DNA of 64,000 nucleotides, from assembly GCA_016288155.1 (NCBI GenBank), contig JAEEYP010000034.1, forward strand, positions 9,136 to 73,135, given 5' to 3'. The notes under the pieces are model-generated. The model made no database searches and had not been told where the DNA came from. It saw only the letters and a list, made by a program, of their open reading frames with translations. The stretch is from Clostridiales bacterium (GTDB lineage: Bacteria > Bacillota > Clostridia > Oscillospirales > CAG-272). A program made the translations under genes and the position numbers. Of this stretch, positions 27,501 through 35,879 are shown piece after piece (within the stretch, counting starts at the first letter, position 1; the number at the start of each line of letters is the position of its first letter).

Positions 27501-27794
27501 ACGATCAACAAGGAGATCACCCGTAAGAGAACGGAGTTCGATTTCGAGACCCTTGAGATCGGCCAGAAGCTCTCCGACAAGCGCATGGGTCAGGCTGAAG
27601 AGCTGATGAGCACGCTGAGCGGCTACGACGCGCAAATCGCCGCCGCCCGCGAAGCGATCGCCGCTTCCAGCATCGAAGGGCTGGATGCCGCCGCCGCCGC
27701 CTTCCGCGCGGCGGGCAGCGACGAGGCGGTGCAGCAGATCGCGACCTACCTCGAGGACGCCGCAGCGGCGCTCCGCTCCTATGAGAAGAACTGA
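24567..27794 (+). CDS. Giant (1075 aa) extracellular solute-binding protein: signal peptide, two CBM-like beta-sandwich modules, helical linker, family-1 SBP domain, C-terminal Ala-rich helices
   Basis: RBS aagaggaggaa. Signal peptide MKNTRFGRLIALLLALLTTFGC. Internally duplicated modules (VVWEIDVPESALYALEVEY...ILYINDKVPFAEA...FYLEKGKNTIAFE versus IEWEFEITSAGLYTIAPRF...RLFIDGKVPCEEA...FYLEPGVHTIRLE). The C-terminal half (GSVIAWVSTGRDQAQIMRSLIDNKF...YGKTYALPETQTFSMLFYRKDIL...) is typical of sugar SBPs. Confidence 0.8.
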   Translation: MKNTRFGRLIALLLALLTTFGCVVPIAAADEDSSQSSGTTLKEISETLNAISYAQYMERHPDAVRASKELSIPITGFSAALTTAAVEVRASVTDGNGDSRTNCLYVGDTGRVVWEIDVPESALYALEVEYCSESEKTNSIERILYINDKVPFAEARYLQLTKNWVHGYQEGVSGWYNAAEDIKKQNDNRSDPSVLEGIPFKRDTLGNELRPKTVCTRKWMKQSFYDPNGCYQNPLEFYLEKGKNTIAFESVREDIVISAVRLYPYEPLPTYAELAGQYSSKGYKEGSDEIYIVGEMPSAVAQYTLYPVYDRSSAITEPQHPTKVLLNTIGSGGSSGSNKWSTSGEWIEWEFEITSAGLYTIAPRFRQAEMDGLYVSRRLFIDGKVPCEEANAFRFGYSSDWQIAALGDGNGNAYQFYLEPGVHTIRLEVTLGDMGVIARRVNEMLNSINKSYLEILKLTGAVPDEYRDYGFNRVMPDTIANLLTQSVALREIIDYLEMMNGIKSEYSSTLEQIANLLEKMGTDEDEIAKNVSDLKSYVGSLGTWVANISKQPLEIDYILVQAESKSLPKAVAGFFTNFWHEIKMFFGSFFTDYNSLGGETSVEEQGSVIAWVSTGRDQAQIMRSLIDNKFTPTSNIAVSLKLVAGGTLLPSVLAGAGPDVALDGADPINYAIRGAVLPLNDFDTFDEVVTRFTEAALIPLSLYGKTYALPETQTFSMLFYRKDILADLGLEIPKTWDDMLAMVPVLQFNNMTIGLPNDYTLFMYQRGGELWVDDGMRINLDANTSLEAFEDMCNMFTQYSLPYSYDLANRFKTGEMPIGIAGYTTYNQLILFATEIAGLWEMAPLPGTMDEDGNINNLSMSGSAGIVMMKDAERTDNKENAWRFMDWWVSRDFQVDYANELVAVLGPAGKHATANVEALEELPWSSEEYKNLHAQMMNLAAVTPYPGSYFVGRYTGFAFTDAYNKHLDPVESLLNYINTINKEITRKRTEFDFETLEIGQKLSDKRMGQAEELMSTLSGYDAQIAAAREAIAASSIEGLDAAAAAFRAAGSDEAVQQIATYLEDAAAALRSYEKN

Positions 27795-27834
27795 TCCCGC
27801 GCTTTCCGAATAATCTGATAAAGGAGAAAACGCT

Positions 27835-28782
27835 ATGGCTAAAGATTCCCCCAAGAAGGAATTGACGCGCAACGAGATGACCAAAGCGCAGTGGACATGG
27901 TTCCAGATGAAGCGCTACAAGATCGCGTATTTCATGGTCGCGCCCTTCTTGATCCTCTTCTTCCTGTTTACCATCATTCCGGTCGCAGCCTCCCTGCTTC
28001 TGAGCCTGACCTCCTTCAACATGCTTCAGATGCCGAAGTTCCTCTTCCTTGATAACTACATCACGCTGTTCCTTGACGACGATCTGTGGATCATCGCGCT
28101 GAAGAATACGCTGATCTTCGCGGCGATCACCGGTCCGGCGTCGTACATCATCTCCTTCCTCGTCGCGTGGTTCATCAACGAGCTTTCCCCGAAGATCCGC
28201 GCGGTCGTCGTCCTGATCTTCTACGCGCCGTCCATTTCCGGACAGGTGTACCTGATCTGGCAGACGCTCTTCTCCTCGGACGCCTACGGCTGGGTCAACG
28301 CCCGCCTGCTCTCAATGGGGTTGATCGACGCGCCGATCCTGTGGTTCCAGAACGAAAGCTACGTCATGCCGCTCTGTATCATCGTTTCGCTCTGGACCTC
28401 CCTCGGCACCGCGTTCCTCTCCTTCATCGCAGGTCTTCAGGGCATCAACGTCAGCCTCTTCGAGGCGGGCGCGATGGACGGCATCAAGAACCGCTGGCAG
28501 GAACTGTGGTACGTGACGCTGCCGTCCATGAAGCCGCAGCTCGTGTTCGGCGCCGTCCTTTCCATCACCGGCGCGTTCGGCTACGGCGGTATCGTGAGCG
28601 CTCTCGCCGGCAGCCCCTCCGTCAACTACGTGGCTTATACGATCTCCCATCACTTGGCCGAATACGGGAGCACACGGTGGGAGGTAGGGTACGCCTCCGC
28701 GATCTCCTTCGTGCTGTTCTTACTCCAGATCGGGTCCAATATGGCGGTCAAGAAGCTGCTTGATAAGCTGGGTGGTGACTGA
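27835..28782 (+). CDS. ABC sugar-transporter permease (MalF/CUT1-type), pair 1
   Basis: 315 aa, about 6 TM segments. EAA loop FEAGAMDGIKNRWQELWYVTLPSMKP. Confidence 0.9.
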   Translation: MAKDSPKKELTRNEMTKAQWTWFQMKRYKIAYFMVAPFLILFFLFTIIPVAASLLLSLTSFNMLQMPKFLFLDNYITLFLDDDLWIIALKNTLIFAAITGPASYIISFLVAWFINELSPKIRAVVVLIFYAPSISGQVYLIWQTLFSSDAYGWVNARLLSMGLIDAPILWFQNESYVMPLCIIVSLWTSLGTAFLSFIAGLQGINVSLFEAGAMDGIKNRWQELWYVTLPSMKPQLVFGAVLSITGAFGYGGIVSALAGSPSVNYVAYTISHHLAEYGSTRWEVGYASAISFVLFLLQIGSNMAVKKLLDKLGGD

Positions 28783-28784
28783 TT

Positions 28785-29657
28785 ATGAAAAAACTGAGAA
28801 CAAGAAAACACCGCGTCGTTCTGAACCGCTCCGTCGGCGGCGACACGGGCATCACCATCGTCCTTGCGATCATGGGCGCGTTCATGTTCCTGCCGATGCT
28901 CTACACCGTCATGACCTCGCTCAAGCCGATCGATGAATTCTGGATCTTCCCGCCGCGTTTCTACGTGGTCAACCCGACGCTCGATAACTTCCGCAGCCTG
29001 TTCGCTCTGATGGGCGACTCCACGGTCCCGTTCTCCCGCTACATCTTCAATACGGTCTTCATCTCCGTGGCGGGCACGTTCGGCAACCTCGTGCTTTCCT
29101 CCATCGCCGCGTACGCGCTCGCAAAGATCCCGTTCCCGGGTCAGGGATGGATGTTCCGCCTGATCCGTACTTCCCTGATGTTCTCCTCCACTGTCGGCGG
29201 TATCGCGAGCTTCATCATCATGTCCATGCTCCACTGGATCGACACGTACTACGCCATCATCGTCCCGGCGTGGTGCTCGAGCCTGGGACTGTTCCTGATG
29301 AAGCAGTTCATGGATTCCCACGTCACGGCGGAGATCCTCGAGTCGGCACGCCTCGACGGCGCCACCGAGTTCAAGACCTTCTGGTCGATCGCCATGCCGA
29401 TGGTCAAGCCGGCGTGGCTGACGCTCATCATTTACTGCTTCCAGGGACTGTGGAACTCCGGCGCCTCGATCTTCATCTACAGTGAGCAGCTCAAGACGCT
29501 GAACTACGCCATCGGCCAGATCACGGCGGCAGGTTACGCGCGTGCGGGCGCTTCCGCCGCGGCGACGGTCGTCATGATGGCGGTCCCGATCATCGTCTTC
29601 GTCATCTCTCAGAGCAACATCGTGGAAACGATGGGTTCCAGCGGCATGAAGGACTAA
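28785..29657 (+). CDS. ABC sugar-transporter permease (MalG/CUT1-type), pair 1
   Basis: 290 aa. EAA loop ESARLDGATEFKTFWSIAMPMVKP. Starts 2 nt after the previous stop. Confidence 0.9.
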   Translation: MKKLRTRKHRVVLNRSVGGDTGITIVLAIMGAFMFLPMLYTVMTSLKPIDEFWIFPPRFYVVNPTLDNFRSLFALMGDSTVPFSRYIFNTVFISVAGTFGNLVLSSIAAYALAKIPFPGQGWMFRLIRTSLMFSSTVGGIASFIIMSMLHWIDTYYAIIVPAWCSSLGLFLMKQFMDSHVTAEILESARLDGATEFKTFWSIAMPMVKPAWLTLIIYCFQGLWNSGASIFIYSEQLKTLNYAIGQITAAGYARAGASAAATVVMMAVPIIVFVISQSNIVETMGSSGMKD

Positions 29658-29670
29658 GGAGGATAATAGA

Positions 29671-31812
29671 ATGAAAAGATTGGCAAGCATTCTGCTCTCC
29701 GTCATGGCGCTGATGACCGTGTTCTCCGCCGTGGCGGGCGCCGCGGCCCCCTATGCGACCTACACGTACTCGGCGGGCGGCTTCGTTCTGAACTCTCCGG
29801 AAGCGTACGTGCCGGACCGCGTGGTGGATTCCGTGTACATCGGCCTGCTCGATGAGGATGACGAGCTGCCGTTCGACGATCCGCGTGACCTCTTCGTCGA
29901 CCGCGACGAGAACGTCTACCTCGTCGATGCGAAGAACAACCGCGTCATCTGCATGGATCGGTACTACAAGTGGAAACTCATCATCAAGGATTTCGTCAAC
30001 GAGCAGGGCGTTCCGGACTCGTTCGCTGAGCCCTCCGGCGTCTTCGTCAACGAAAAGTACATCTACGTATGCGATACGAACAACAACCGCATCGTCATGT
30101 TCACCCGCGACGGTGAGTACTACCGGATCATCCCGCAGCCGGTCAGCGAGCTGTTCGACGAGGGCGCGATCTACAAGCCGATCGCCTGCGCGGTCGACAC
30201 CTACGGACGTCTCTTCGTCGTCTCCTCCACGACCTATCAGGGCATCATCGTCATGAGCGAGGACGGCGGCTTCTACGGCTTCATCGGCGCGCAGAAGGTC
30301 GAGATCTCCGCGCTGGAGGTGCTGTGGAGAAAGTTCCAGACGGACGCGCAGCGCGCCTACTCCCAGCGCTACGTCTCCACCGAGTTCAACAACATCACGA
30401 TCGATAAGGACAACTTCCTGTACGTGACGACCTCCTCCATCAGCGAGAGCTCGCAGCAGGCGGCCATCGAGAGCAAGGACGCGACGAACGCGCCGGTCAA
30501 GAAGCTCAACGCCTCCGGCGCGGACGTCATGAGACGGAACGGCTTCTTTGCTCCGGGCGGTGAGGTCAAGGTCTCCTACTCTCAGCTGGACGAGATCAAC
30601 GGTCCGTCCAAGATCATCGACGCGGCGTGCGGCCCGGAGGGCACGTGGTCCATCATCGATGAGAAGCGCTCGAAGATCTATACCTACGATAAAGACGGCA
30701 ACATGCTCTTCATCTTCGGCGACAAGGGCGTGCAGACCGGCAACATCGACTCCATCGAGGCGATCGCGTATCAGGGCGACAAGATCCTGGTGCTCGATAA
30801 GTCCAAGGACTGCTTCACCGTATACCGCCGCACCGAGTACGGCGATCTGCTCATCAACGCGCTGTACAACCAGAACCACCGCGTCTACGATTCCGCCGTC
30901 AGCGACTGGACGGAGATCCTCAAGCGCAACAACAACTACGACGCCGCCTACATCGGCATCGGCAAGTCGTTCTACCGCAGCGGCGATTACGAGCAGGCGA
31001 TGCACTACTACGAATACGCCTACGAGACGGAGAACTACTCCGCGGCGTTCAAGGAGATCCGCAAGAACTTCCTTTCCAAGTGGCTCGTGCCCGTCCTGAT
31101 CGGCTTCGTCCTCCTCATCTGGCTCATCACGAGATTCTTCGGCTACGCCGCCAAGATCAACAAGAAGGCGCAGCTGAAGGTGGGACGCAAGAGTCTCAAG
31201 GAGGAAATGCTCTATCCCTTCCACCTGATCTTCCATCCGTTCGACGGGTTCTGGGATCTGAAGCATGAAAAGCGCGGGTCGGGGCGCAGCGCCTTCCTCA
31301 TCCTCGTCATCACGGTCCTCGCGTTCTGCTATCAGTCCATCGGGACCGGCTACATCTTCAACCCGCGTCAGTCCGCGTATCTGAATGTCTTCGCACAGAT
31401 CCTCGCCGTGGTCGTACCGCTTGTGCTCTGGTGCGTCGCGAACTGGTGTCTGACGACGCTGTTCGAGGGCGAGGGCAGCCTCAAGGATATCTTCGTGGCG
31501 GCCTGCTACTCCCTCACGCCGCTGCCGCTGCTCATCATTCCGTCCGTCATCCTCTCCAACTTCCTGGCGCTGAACGAGGGACAGCTCATCACGCTGATGA
31601 ACTCCATCGCCTTCGTCTGGATGGGACTGCTCCTCTTCTTCGGAATGATGGTCACGCACGACTATTCCATCATCAAGAACATCACGACCTGCATCGCTAC
31701 GATCGTCGGCATGGCGTTCATCATGTTCATCGCCATCCTGTTCTCCACGCTGATGGCAAAGATCGTCAGCTTCATTTCCAGCATCGTGATCGAAATCAAC
31801 TACCGTCTATAA
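29671..31812 (+). CDS. Membrane protein: signal peptide, NHL-repeat beta-propeller, TPR, TM helix, Yip1-type polytopic domain
   Basis: NHL-like blades (DENVYLVDAKNNRVICMD; KYIYVCDTNNNRIVMFTRDGEY; GRLFVVSSTTYQGIIVMSEDG; GNMLFIFGDKG). TPR-like AYIGIGKSFYRSGDYEQAMHYYEYAY. C-terminal YPFHLIFHPFDGFWDLKHEKRGS followed by 5 TM helices is typical of Yip1-domain proteins. Confidence 0.7.
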   Translation: MKRLASILLSVMALMTVFSAVAGAAAPYATYTYSAGGFVLNSPEAYVPDRVVDSVYIGLLDEDDELPFDDPRDLFVDRDENVYLVDAKNNRVICMDRYYKWKLIIKDFVNEQGVPDSFAEPSGVFVNEKYIYVCDTNNNRIVMFTRDGEYYRIIPQPVSELFDEGAIYKPIACAVDTYGRLFVVSSTTYQGIIVMSEDGGFYGFIGAQKVEISALEVLWRKFQTDAQRAYSQRYVSTEFNNITIDKDNFLYVTTSSISESSQQAAIESKDATNAPVKKLNASGADVMRRNGFFAPGGEVKVSYSQLDEINGPSKIIDAACGPEGTWSIIDEKRSKIYTYDKDGNMLFIFGDKGVQTGNIDSIEAIAYQGDKILVLDKSKDCFTVYRRTEYGDLLINALYNQNHRVYDSAVSDWTEILKRNNNYDAAYIGIGKSFYRSGDYEQAMHYYEYAYETENYSAAFKEIRKNFLSKWLVPVLIGFVLLIWLITRFFGYAAKINKKAQLKVGRKSLKEEMLYPFHLIFHPFDGFWDLKHEKRGSGRSAFLILVITVLAFCYQSIGTGYIFNPRQSAYLNVFAQILAVVVPLVLWCVANWCLTTLFEGEGSLKDIFVAACYSLTPLPLLIIPSVILSNFLALNEGQLITLMNSIAFVWMGLLLFFGMMVTHDYSIIKNITTCIATIVGMAFIMFIAILFSTLMAKIVSFISSIVIEINYRL

Positions 31813-31831
31813 CAGGGAAAGGAGTAAAGGT

Positions 31832-34800
31832 ATGAAAAAGTTCAATAAGATCATTTCCGCTGTCCTGTCCCTGATTATGGCGCTCGGTACGCTGATACCG
31901 ATGACCGTGCAGCAGCCCGCGTACGCGGCGTACGCAGACAAGATCAACGAAGACGGCGACCCGATCATCAACTACATCACGAAAGCGTACCGCTCCCCCG
32001 AGGAAAAGCTCAGCGACATGATCTGCGTCAAGAAGCAGAACGGCCGCGAGATCTGGTTCGAGGAATTCACCGGCGAGATCTGCTTCGTCAATACGGAGAC
32101 CGGGCAGATGCTCTTCTCCAACCCGTGGGACGTCGCGGCCGACTACAACATCGCGTCGCGCGCGACGAAGCAGAAGCTGCTCTCCCAGCTTATGATCACG
32201 TACCTCGAAAACGGCGTGACGAAGCAGATGAACAGCTATGCGGACGCCGCCCTCCGCGGTCAGATCAAGCTGAAAAACATAAAGAACGGCGTTCGCGTCG
32301 AGTACACGATCGGCGAGGAGCAGACGATCCGCCTGGTCCCGCGTCTGATCCGCAAGGAGAGATTCGAGGAATTGATCCTCGCCTACCTTGACGACGACTG
32401 GATCCGCGGCAAGGTCGAAGCATTCTACACGCTGAAGGACCCGTTCGATCTGACGCTGACGGAGCGTGCGGTCAAGGAGATGCGCGCCCGCTTCCCGATC
32501 ACCGAGAAGATGGCCGTGTACGTCTGCGACCCGGATATCAAGCCGCGTGAGCTGGCGCAGGTCGAGCAGTACATCAAGACGTACTGCGTCTCCTACTCCT
32601 ACGAGGAACTGGACCGCGACCACGCCGAGACGAACTACACCGGCATGGACGCCGCGCCGCCGCTGTTCCGCATGGCGCTCGAATATTCGATCACCGCGGA
32701 CGGCGACCTTGAAGCGAGACTTCCCGCCAACGGTATCCGCTTCGACGAGTCTACCTACCAGCTGCAGACCGTCACGGTCCTCCCGTACTTCGGCACGGGC
32801 AGCAACAACTTCACCGGCTACACCTTCATTCCCGACGGTTCCGGCACGCTGATCCGCTTCGAGGACGTCAAGGGCTCCACCTACAACGTCTCGGGCGATC
32901 TGTACGGTCAGGACTACGCTTACCACAACATCAAGAGCCAGCACACGGAGATCATGAGACTGCCGGTCTACGGCATCGTCACGAACTACGAACTGTACGA
33001 CTACGTGTACGACGAAGACGGCAAGATCCAACTCGATGAGTTCAAGGACCCGGTCATGGTTTCCGAGGATCCGAAGCCGCAGGACGTCGGCTTCCTCGCG
33101 ATCATCACGGAGGGTGACTCGCTCGCATCCCTGATGAGCGAGCACGGCGGCTCTCTCCACTCCTTCAACACCGTATATCCGATGTTCACGCCTCGTCCGA
33201 GCGACCAGTACAACCTGAGCTCGTCGAAGAACGTCGGCGCGAACGCGACGTGGACGGTCACGTCGGAGCGTAAGTACACCGGCAGCTACCGGATCCTGTA
33301 CAAGATGCTCACCGACGACACGATCGCCGCGGAGAAGGGCATCAAGAAGTACTACGGCGCCGACTACTACGGCATGGCGGAAGCGTACCGCGATTACCTC
33401 TACGGCAACGGCACGCTGACGAAGCTGGAGGATACGACGGCGGACACGCCGCTGTACATCGAGACCTTCGGCTCCATGGAGACCACGAAGCGCATCCTCT
33501 CCTTCCCGGTCAGCGTCGACACGCCGCTGACGACGTTCGATGACATCAAGTCCATGTACACCGAGCTGACCGAAGCGGGCGTCGGCAGACTGAACTTCCG
33601 TCTGACCGGCTACGCGAACGGCGGCATGATCTCGACCGTGCCGTACCGCTTGAACTGGGTCAGCGTGGTCGGCGGCGCGGACGGCTTCACCGACCTCGTC
33701 CAGTACGCGGCGGAGAAGGGCTTCGGCGTGTTCCCGGACTTCGATTTCGAGTACGTCAGGACCACCGAGCTGTTCGACGGCATGAGCTACAGAAAGTACG
33801 CGGTCAAGACGATCGACGACCGGTACACCTCCAAGCGCTACTACGACGCGGCGACGCAGTCCTTCACGACGGACCGCTCGATCTGCATTTCCGCCTCCGC
33901 CTTCGAGCATTTCTACACCGGTCTGGCGGAGAACTACAAGAAGTACAACCCGACGGCGATCTCCGTGTCCACGCTCGGCACGGAGCTGAACTCCGACTTC
34001 GACGAGGACGAACCGTACAACCGCGAGGACGCCAAGGGCTTCACGATCGAGGTGCTGAAGCTGATCGACGCCGACTATAAGGACGTCATGATCGACGGCG
34101 GCAACTCCTACGCGCTCGCATACGCCAACCACATCATGAAGCTCTCGACGAACAGCTCCCGCTTCCTGCAGGCGAGCGAGGCGATCCCGTTCATGGGCAT
34201 CGTCCTCCACGGCGCGAAGTACTTCACCGGCAGCCCGATCAACATGGAGGGCGACATCGAGTCCGCCATCCTGAAGGCGATCGAGAACGGCGCCAGCCTG
34301 TACTTCGTCCTCTCCAAGCAGAACACGAACGAACTGAAGGAATCCGTATCGCTGAGCAAGTACTATTCCGTTTCCTACGACATCTGGAAGGATGAGGTCA
34401 TCAAGTACTACACGATCCTCAACGACGCACTGAAGGATCTGCAGACCTCGCTGATCGTCGAGCACGAGTTCCTCTACGGCGAGCGCATCCCGGATCCGGA
34501 TGAGCAAGAGGCCGATCAGATCGCCCTCGAAGAGCAGATGGCTGAGGAAGCCGCCGCGGCTGAGAAGCAGAAGAAGGACGAGGAGCGCGCCGCCAAGTAC
34601 GCGGAGCTGCACGGAACGTCGGTTTCTTCCGGTTCTTCCGGCGTCGGCGTGTACGTTCCCGTGGAAGAGGAGACGGAGACGGAGACTGAGGAGGTCAAAG
34701 AAGCTTACGTGAAGACCAAGTACACGACGACGAAGGGTTCCGTTATCCGCGTCGGGTACGAGGGCGGCACGAACTTCCTGCTCAACTACAATTCCTTCGA

Positions 34801-34867
34801 CGTTACCGTTCAGTATAACGGCACGACCTACACGATCGCCGCGCTCGGCTTCGTGAAGATCGGCTGA
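31832..34867 (+). CDS. 1011-aa secreted protein of unknown function (from memory resembles proteins annotated DUF5696)
   Basis: Signal peptide MKKFNKIISAVLSLIMALGTLIPMTVQQPAYA. I recognise no catalytic motif. Acidic, coiled segment near the C-terminus (EQEADQIALEEQMAEEAAAAEKQKKDEERAAKYAE). Confidence 0.6.
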   Translation: MKKFNKIISAVLSLIMALGTLIPMTVQQPAYAAYADKINEDGDPIINYITKAYRSPEEKLSDMICVKKQNGREIWFEEFTGEICFVNTETGQMLFSNPWDVAADYNIASRATKQKLLSQLMITYLENGVTKQMNSYADAALRGQIKLKNIKNGVRVEYTIGEEQTIRLVPRLIRKERFEELILAYLDDDWIRGKVEAFYTLKDPFDLTLTERAVKEMRARFPITEKMAVYVCDPDIKPRELAQVEQYIKTYCVSYSYEELDRDHAETNYTGMDAAPPLFRMALEYSITADGDLEARLPANGIRFDESTYQLQTVTVLPYFGTGSNNFTGYTFIPDGSGTLIRFEDVKGSTYNVSGDLYGQDYAYHNIKSQHTEIMRLPVYGIVTNYELYDYVYDEDGKIQLDEFKDPVMVSEDPKPQDVGFLAIITEGDSLASLMSEHGGSLHSFNTVYPMFTPRPSDQYNLSSSKNVGANATWTVTSERKYTGSYRILYKMLTDDTIAAEKGIKKYYGADYYGMAEAYRDYLYGNGTLTKLEDTTADTPLYIETFGSMETTKRILSFPVSVDTPLTTFDDIKSMYTELTEAGVGRLNFRLTGYANGGMISTVPYRLNWVSVVGGADGFTDLVQYAAEKGFGVFPDFDFEYVRTTELFDGMSYRKYAVKTIDDRYTSKRYYDAATQSFTTDRSICISASAFEHFYTGLAENYKKYNPTAISVSTLGTELNSDFDEDEPYNREDAKGFTIEVLKLIDADYKDVMIDGGNSYALAYANHIMKLSTNSSRFLQASEAIPFMGIVLHGAKYFTGSPINMEGDIESAILKAIENGASLYFVLSKQNTNELKESVSLSKYYSVSYDIWKDEVIKYYTILNDALKDLQTSLIVEHEFLYGERIPDPDEQEADQIALEEQMAEEAAAAEKQKKDEERAAKYAELHGTSVSSGSSGVGVYVPVEEETETETEEVKEAYVKTKYTTTKGSVIRVGYEGGTNFLLNYNSFDVTVQYNGTTYTIAALGFVKIG

Positions 34868-34883
34868 GAAAGGGGAGCCAGCT

Positions 34884-35861
34884 ATGAATGCATCGAAATC
34901 CAAGAATGACGATATCTTCACCGGTTCGTCAAAAAAGAGGAAACGCGGCGCTTCCCTGGACGTAAGGAAAGCGCGTGCCGGCTGGTGGTTCGTGATGCCG
35001 TTCATCATCGGCATCGTGATCCTCTACATCCCGATCGTGTTCGACTCGATCAAGTACAGCTTCCATGAGATCAAGATCCTCACCGGCGGCGGCTTCAAGC
35101 TCAACTGGGTCGGCCTCAAGAACTACAGCGACGCGCTGTTCGTCGATCCCACCTACGTACAGACACTCGTGACCGGCATCAAACAGCTCATCGTCGACAT
35201 CCCCGCCATCGTGATCTTCGCGCTGTTCGTGGCGATCCTCCTCAACGGGAAGATCGCCGGACGCGCGGCGTTCCGTGCCATCTTCTTCATCCCCGTCCTT
35301 CTGACGACCGGTCTGATCGCGGACATCGACAACCAGAACATCCTGGCGACCGCGATGGAAGGCGCGGAGATCGACACCGGTACCGGAGAAAGCGCCGTTG
35401 CGCAAATTGTGTCGGTCATGGACGTGCAGGCACTGTTCAGCAACATGATGGTCGGTACGGAACTCGTTGAATACGTTGTCAACCTCGTCAACAACATCTT
35501 CAACATCATCAACCGCTCCGGCGTCCAGATGATGATCTTCCTCGCAGGCCTCCAGTCCATCTCCCCCGCGATCTACGAGTCTTGCTCCATCGACGGCGCG
35601 TCCGGTTGGGAAACCTTCTGGAAGATCACGCTCCCGATGGTCAGCCCGATGATCCTCGTCAACACGGTGTACACGGTCATCGACTCGTTCACCTCGTCGT
35701 CCAACCGCGTGATGTCGTACATCAGCAGCGTGTACGCATCCTCGAGCGGGCAGGTCCTCTCCTCGGCGATGTCCTGGATGTACTTCCTCATCGTTATGAT
35801 CATCATCGCCGCGGTAGCCGGACTGCTCAGCCTGTTCGTGTTCTATCAAAGAAGAGATTAA
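34884..35861 (+). CDS. ABC sugar-transporter permease (MalF-type), pair 2
   Basis: 325 aa. EAA loop ESCSIDGASGWETFWKITLPMVSP. Confidence 0.9.
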   Translation: MNASKSKNDDIFTGSSKKRKRGASLDVRKARAGWWFVMPFIIGIVILYIPIVFDSIKYSFHEIKILTGGGFKLNWVGLKNYSDALFVDPTYVQTLVTGIKQLIVDIPAIVIFALFVAILLNGKIAGRAAFRAIFFIPVLLTTGLIADIDNQNILATAMEGAEIDTGTGESAVAQIVSVMDVQALFSNMMVGTELVEYVVNLVNNIFNIINRSGVQMMIFLAGLQSISPAIYESCSIDGASGWETFWKITLPMVSPMILVNTVYTVIDSFTSSSNRVMSYISSVYASSSGQVLSSAMSWMYFLIVMIIIAAVAGLLSLFVFYQRRD

Positions 35862-35879
35862 GGAAAGGAGGAGCATAGA

